Program-made: the position numbers and the translations under genes
Origin: an uncultured Calditrichaceae bacterium
GTDB lineage: Bacteria; Calditrichota; Calditrichia; RBG-13-44-9
NCBI GenBank assembly: GCA_964387645.1
Contig: CAYLYM010000002.1
Span: forward strand, 642-64,641
Direction of reading: 5' to 3'
Length of the DNA stretch: 64,000 nt
Shown: piece by piece, positions 60,083-64,000 of the stretch
How positions within the stretch are numbered: position 1 is the stretch's first letter
Layout of the letters: each line of letters opens with the position of its first letter
Notes under the pieces: generated by a model
What the model was told of the DNA's origin: nothing
What the model saw: only the letters and a program-made list of their open reading frames with translations
Databases searched by the model: none

Positions 60083-60149
60083 TAGAAAGTTTTAAATTTT
60101 GTTAATGTTTAAAGATTAACTTTTCACTTAAATAAAAGGAGGTAATCGT

Positions 60150-61616
60150 ATGTCTTCTGAATCCAAAAAAATGTCGCGTCGTGAGTTTATAACACGCGGT
60201 GCAGCAGGACTTGCTGCTGGAAGCGCATTATTTTCAGCAGCAAAGGTTTATTCAAAACCAGGTGCCAGAGTTATAGGCGCCAATGACACAATCAATATGG
60301 CTATCATTGGCATTCGTGGCCGCGGTGGGAGTCTGATTTCGAACTTCGCTAGCATTAAGAATGTTCGTATTAAGTACTTTGTAGATGTGGACGAAAATTT
60401 ATTTGCTTCAAGGTTGGCCCAATTTGAGAAAAAATTTGGCTATCGTCCTAAAACAGAATGGGATATGAGACGGGTCTTTGATGATCCAGAAATAGATGCG
60501 GTTGGTATTGCCACACCGAATCATTGGCATGCATTGGCCACTATCTGGGCGTGCCAGGCAGGAAAACATGTTTATGTAGAAAAACCAGCTTGCCATAATA
60601 TCTGGGAAGGTCGCAAGATGGTTGAAGCAGCCCGGAAATATAATGTCTTGGTGCAAGTTGGTTTCCAGAACCGTTCTAGGATAAATACTAATGCCGCTAT
60701 TAAATTCTTACGTTCCGGAAAACTGGGTCATATTTATATGGCACGCGGTTTGTGTTTCAAACCTCGTGGCCCCATCGGTCGGTACCCGGATGGTCCGATG
60801 AAACCTGGAACAAAGCATTATTTAGACCTAGAGAAGAAAAATACAGCTCCTGTTTATACCAAAGAATATCTATCAAAAGTCCATTATGATATGTGGTTGG
60901 GTCCTGCTCCTAAACGCCCGTTTAATCCAAATAGGTTCCATTACAACTGGCACTGGCATTGGGACTACGGCAATGGCGACACCGGTAATCAAGGACCACA
61001 TCAGTTCGATATTGCCCGTTGGGGATTGAACAAAAATGAACATCCGGTTAAAGTTCGTTCTATGGGTGGTTATTTTGTTTATGATTCTTCGCAAGAAACA
61101 CCAAATACTCAAATTTCAATTTTTGAATATGCTGATGGTACGATTTTAGAGTTCGGTACTCGTGGATTGATGACCAATCCTGAAGGTATTACATTACCAG
61201 GAGGTGTTAAACCAATTACAATTGGCAATATCTTTTATGGTTCTGAAGGTTGGATGCAAATCGATTCAGGTGGTAACTGGCAAACCTTCTTTGGTCGAAA
61301 GAATGAACCGGGACCCAAATCTGGCGATACGGATGAAGAAGCTTATGATCCGATGAACCTAGCTGGGGCTGGAGGCGGTCGACATTTTGCTAATTTTATT
61401 ATGGCTTTGCGTAGTGGCAAACGAGAGGACTTAACCTGTGATATTGAAGAAGGCTACATGTCCAGTGTATTGCCGCACCTGGGGAATATTTCTTACCGAC
61501 TGGGGCGCGATCTCATTTTCGATGGCAGTAAAGAGAAATTTGTCGATGATAAAGAAGCAGATGCTTTACTAACTCGCGATTATCGTCCACCGTATGTTGT
61601 GCCTGAAAATGTTTAA
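60150..61616 (+). CDS. Tat-exported Gfo/Idh/MocA oxidoreductase
   Basis: SRREFIT; IIGIRGRG, ATPNHWH, EKPA, GDTGNQGPHQFD. Confidence 0.92.
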   Translation: MSSESKKMSRREFITRGAAGLAAGSALFSAAKVYSKPGARVIGANDTINMAIIGIRGRGGSLISNFASIKNVRIKYFVDVDENLFASRLAQFEKKFGYRPKTEWDMRRVFDDPEIDAVGIATPNHWHALATIWACQAGKHVYVEKPACHNIWEGRKMVEAARKYNVLVQVGFQNRSRINTNAAIKFLRSGKLGHIYMARGLCFKPRGPIGRYPDGPMKPGTKHYLDLEKKNTAPVYTKEYLSKVHYDMWLGPAPKRPFNPNRFHYNWHWHWDYGNGDTGNQGPHQFDIARWGLNKNEHPVKVRSMGGYFVYDSSQETPNTQISIFEYADGTILEFGTRGLMTNPEGITLPGGVKPITIGNIFYGSEGWMQIDSGGNWQTFFGRKNEPGPKSGDTDEEAYDPMNLAGAGGGRHFANFIMALRSGKREDLTCDIEEGYMSSVLPHLGNISYRLGRDLIFDGSKEKFVDDKEADALLTRDYRPPYVVPENV

Positions 61617-61647
61617 TTGAAACCTGAAATTTTATTTTATGTTTATG

Positions 61648-61677
61648 ACCCCCGGGGGTTTTTTAAACCCCGGGGGT
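61648..61677 (+). terminator. GC-rich stem-loop, probable terminator
   Basis: ACCCCCGGGGGTTT-TTT-AAACCCCGGGGGT, 31 nt after the stop at 61616. Confidence 0.65.
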
Positions 61678-61939
61678 GTTTATAATTTTAAAATCCGATT
61701 TTTAAACCCACCCAACACAAAAACTATAATTGTAAAAAAATGTAACAATATTGCTGTTTTTCATACCTTTTTTTAATTTATTTTCTAAATATACTTAATT
61801 ATAAAATATTGAAGATAGTTAGTAAAAAACTGACTGAGAATTATCTATTCAAATCTGGAACATAATTTATTGGGGAAAATTTTAAAAATAGAGACTAAAA
61901 TGTACGAGGGAAATTTTGGAAAGAAGACATCAAAACTCT

Positions 61940-63208
61940 ATGGGAATATTGAATAGGCGGCAATTTATTAAACGAGCTGCTTCCAGCACTTTTGCAACAT
62001 TTGCTGCCCCTTTTATAGTTCCAGCAAGTGTGTTTGGTGCCAATGCTCCCAGCAACCGAATAACTATTGGTAGCATTGGTGTTGGAGGTATGGGCACTAA
62101 TAATCTGCGTGGATTCATGTCTCAACCTGGAGCACAAGTAGTAGCTGTTTGTGATGTGGATACTGAACATAGAGAACGAGCTCGCAAGATTGCGGGTCTT
62201 GATAAATCGGCCGCATATAACGATTTTCGTGAGTTACTTGCCAGAGATGATATCGATGCTGTGGTCGTCTGCACCCCTGACCATTGGCACGTACCGATCT
62301 CCATTGCTGCAGCAAAAAGTGGTAAAGATATTTATTGTGAAAAGCCCTTGACCAGATACATTGCCGAAGGAAGAAGATTGGTAGAGACAGTTCGGAGATA
62401 TAACCGCATCTTACAAACGGGGTCTCAGCAGCGTTCTGATGATCGCTTTCGTTTTGCTTGCGAATTGGTGCTTAATGGGCGAATAGGCGAACTTCGCACA
62501 ATGTGGGTGGAAATTCCAGGGAATAATCGGAAAAATCCACTTAATTGGAAAGTTGAACCTGTACCAGAGGGATTTGATTATGAAATGTGGTTAGGTCCGG
62601 CGCCCTGGGCACCGTATACAAAACAACGATGTCATTACACTTTTCGATTTATCTTGGATTATTCTGGCGGACAGATCACCAATTGGGGTGCCCATTATCT
62701 GGATATTGCTCAATGGGGAAACGGGACTGATCTTACTGGTCCGGTTGAAATAGAAGGTAATGGTGAATTCCCTCGTGATGGACTTTTTAATACGGCATTA
62801 CGATATCATATTGAATACAAATATGCCAATGGAGTTAAATTAATTTTAAATACAGGTAAAGCTGGTATTCGGTTCGAAGGAACGGAAGGGTGGGTTTATG
62901 TCGATCGAAGTCGAATTGATGCTGATCCGAAATATATATTAAAATCTAAAATCAGGCCTGATGAAAAGCATTTATATGTGAGTCGTGACCATAAAGCTAA
63001 TTTTTTAGAATCTATTAAGCTGCGTAAAAAGCCTATTGCTGATGTAGAAATTGGTCACCGATCAGCGACATTGTGTCATTTAGGAAATATTGCTCTTTTT
63101 ACCGGACGTAAATTGTATTGGGATCCTGATCAGGAAAGGTTTATCAACGATGATGTTGCTAATAGTTATCTTGAACCGAGCCGACGTCCACCCTGGCATA
63201 AGGATTAA
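61940..63208 (+). CDS. Tat-exported Gfo/Idh/MocA oxidoreductase
   Basis: NRRQFIK; GSIGVGGMG, TPDHWH, EKPL, NWGAHYLD. ATG 61940 preferred; the TTG at 61916 remains possible. Confidence 0.9.
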   Translation: MGILNRRQFIKRAASSTFATFAAPFIVPASVFGANAPSNRITIGSIGVGGMGTNNLRGFMSQPGAQVVAVCDVDTEHRERARKIAGLDKSAAYNDFRELLARDDIDAVVVCTPDHWHVPISIAAAKSGKDIYCEKPLTRYIAEGRRLVETVRRYNRILQTGSQQRSDDRFRFACELVLNGRIGELRTMWVEIPGNNRKNPLNWKVEPVPEGFDYEMWLGPAPWAPYTKQRCHYTFRFILDYSGGQITNWGAHYLDIAQWGNGTDLTGPVEIEGNGEFPRDGLFNTALRYHIEYKYANGVKLILNTGKAGIRFEGTEGWVYVDRSRIDADPKYILKSKIRPDEKHLYVSRDHKANFLESIKLRKKPIADVEIGHRSATLCHLGNIALFTGRKLYWDPDQERFINDDVANSYLEPSRRPPWHKD

Positions 63209-63331
63209 GTCTATTTTTTAATAGATTCTGTTAAAATAAATAGATTAATTAAAGGTTGTTGTTGATTGAAATTTTGATATAGAATTTACTATTTAATGGG
63301 AATTGTTTATAAAAGATAAAAAGGATTAATA

Positions 63332-64000
63332 ATGGTATTAAAAAAGAAAAATCTAATTGTTGTTTTTTTACTATTTTTTGCTGCATGCAGTCCAACAAAT
63401 AACAAATCGGTTGTAATTCATCTCCAAAGTGAGCCTTCGCTAATTTCTGGAGAGAATATTCCATTAAATGTCGCATTGGAACTTCCTGATCAATTTAAAA
63501 ATACTGCTTTAAATGAGATTTTAGTAAAAGTTCAGCAAAAAGGAAATTCTTCCTCCATACTGGATGGGCAGTTATCCCACGGACCTGATGGTAAGATTTA
63601 TTTATGGTGGATTGCTCCGAAAATTGAAAAAGGTCAGGTGATGAGTTGGCAGGTTACTCTGACCAAAGGTTCACGGGAAATGCAAAAAAAAGGATTTCGA
63701 TGGAAGGATGTACCAGGCCAATATCTAGATTTACAATTTGATGGACGGAATATTATTCGTTATGTATATGCATACGATCGTTCATCTCCAGAAAAAATCG
63801 AAGAAACGAATAAACCCTTTCATCATATATTTGATTTCGATGGTAAAGACTTTATTACAAATAGTCCAGGCGGTCTTTACCCACACCATAGAGGATTATT
63901 TATTGGATGGCAGAAAGTAGAATGTGGTTCGCAAACTTTCAATTTCTGGTCTATGGAAGAAGGTGTTTCTCAAAAACATCAAAAATTTTTACAGATAGAA
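63332..64000 (+). CDS. Lipoprotein of the DUF6807/PmoA-named family, truncated by the window end; not in ORF track
   Basis: Open frame of 223 codons from ATG 63332 (AAGGA SD) to the window end; lipobox FAAC; KPFHHIFD...PGGLYPHHRGLFIGW motif. Confidence 0.7.
   Translation, partial: MVLKKKNLIVVFLLFFAACSPTNNKSVVIHLQSEPSLISGENIPLNVALELPDQFKNTALNEILVKVQQKGNSSSILDGQLSHGPDGKIYLWWIAPKIEKGQVMSWQVTLTKGSREMQKKGFRWKDVPGQYLDLQFDGRNIIRYVYAYDRSSPEKIEETNKPFHHIFDFDGKDFITNSPGGLYPHHRGLFIGWQKVECGSQTFNFWSMEEGVSQKHQKFLQIE

Noticed and set aside
337-63920. The many 60-155 aa minus-strand and off-frame ORFs in the track
   Set aside because: Almost all lie inside well-supported + strand genes, show no recognisable motifs and look like shadow ORFs.
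63332-64000. Particulate methane monooxygenase PmoA
   Set aside because: The family name is misleading; this is a soluble lipoprotein with no pmoC/pmoB and no multi-TM topology.
1-64000. CRISPR arrays, tRNA/rRNA, IS elements, prophage, frameshifted pseudogenes, riboswitches
   Set aside because: No regular repeat-spacer pattern, RNA-gene signature, transposase/integrase motif or broken reading frame was recognised by eye; small structured RNAs in the AT-rich spacers cannot be excluded without Infernal/Rfam.

Overview
An AT-rich bacterial window in which every supported gene (about 48 CDS, the last truncated) lies on the + strand and serves carbohydrate catabolism. The gene style suggests a diderm of the KSB1/Calditrichota/FCB type, which is a low-confidence guess. 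No rRNA, tRNA, CRISPR array, transposase, transcription regulator, TonB/SusC receptor or canonical glycoside hydrolase was recognised. Part A (1-23.6 kb) is a hexuronate/pentose-phosphate block: uxaE, uxuB, uxaC, a LarA-family epimerase, gnd, tkt, a PPi-type PFK, a HAD hydrolase, a plant-like glucuronokinase next to galU, a TRAP transporter and a DUF5916 protein. It also holds an SSS transporter carrying an apparently circularly permuted Ig-like insert, preceded by three tiny membrane ORFs, two of them missed by the ORF track. Part B (23.7-64 kb) is a large expansion of the oxidative, non-hydrolytic 3-keto-glycoside machinery: 10 Gfo/Idh/MocA dehydrogenases (9 with Tat signals), 5 DUF1080 domains, 4 AP-endonuclease-2-type TIM barrels, and ThuA-HEAT and HEAT-DUF1080 fusions. 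Two membrane-anchored cytochrome modules are embedded in it: a tetraheme NapC/NirT-FGE-fold fusion, and a heptaheme cytochrome c with an FdnI-like cytochrome b. The best candidate for an undescribed system is periplasmic glycoside oxidation/elimination wired to the quinone pool through these cytochromes. All family assignments come from motif recognition by eye; no database search was run.
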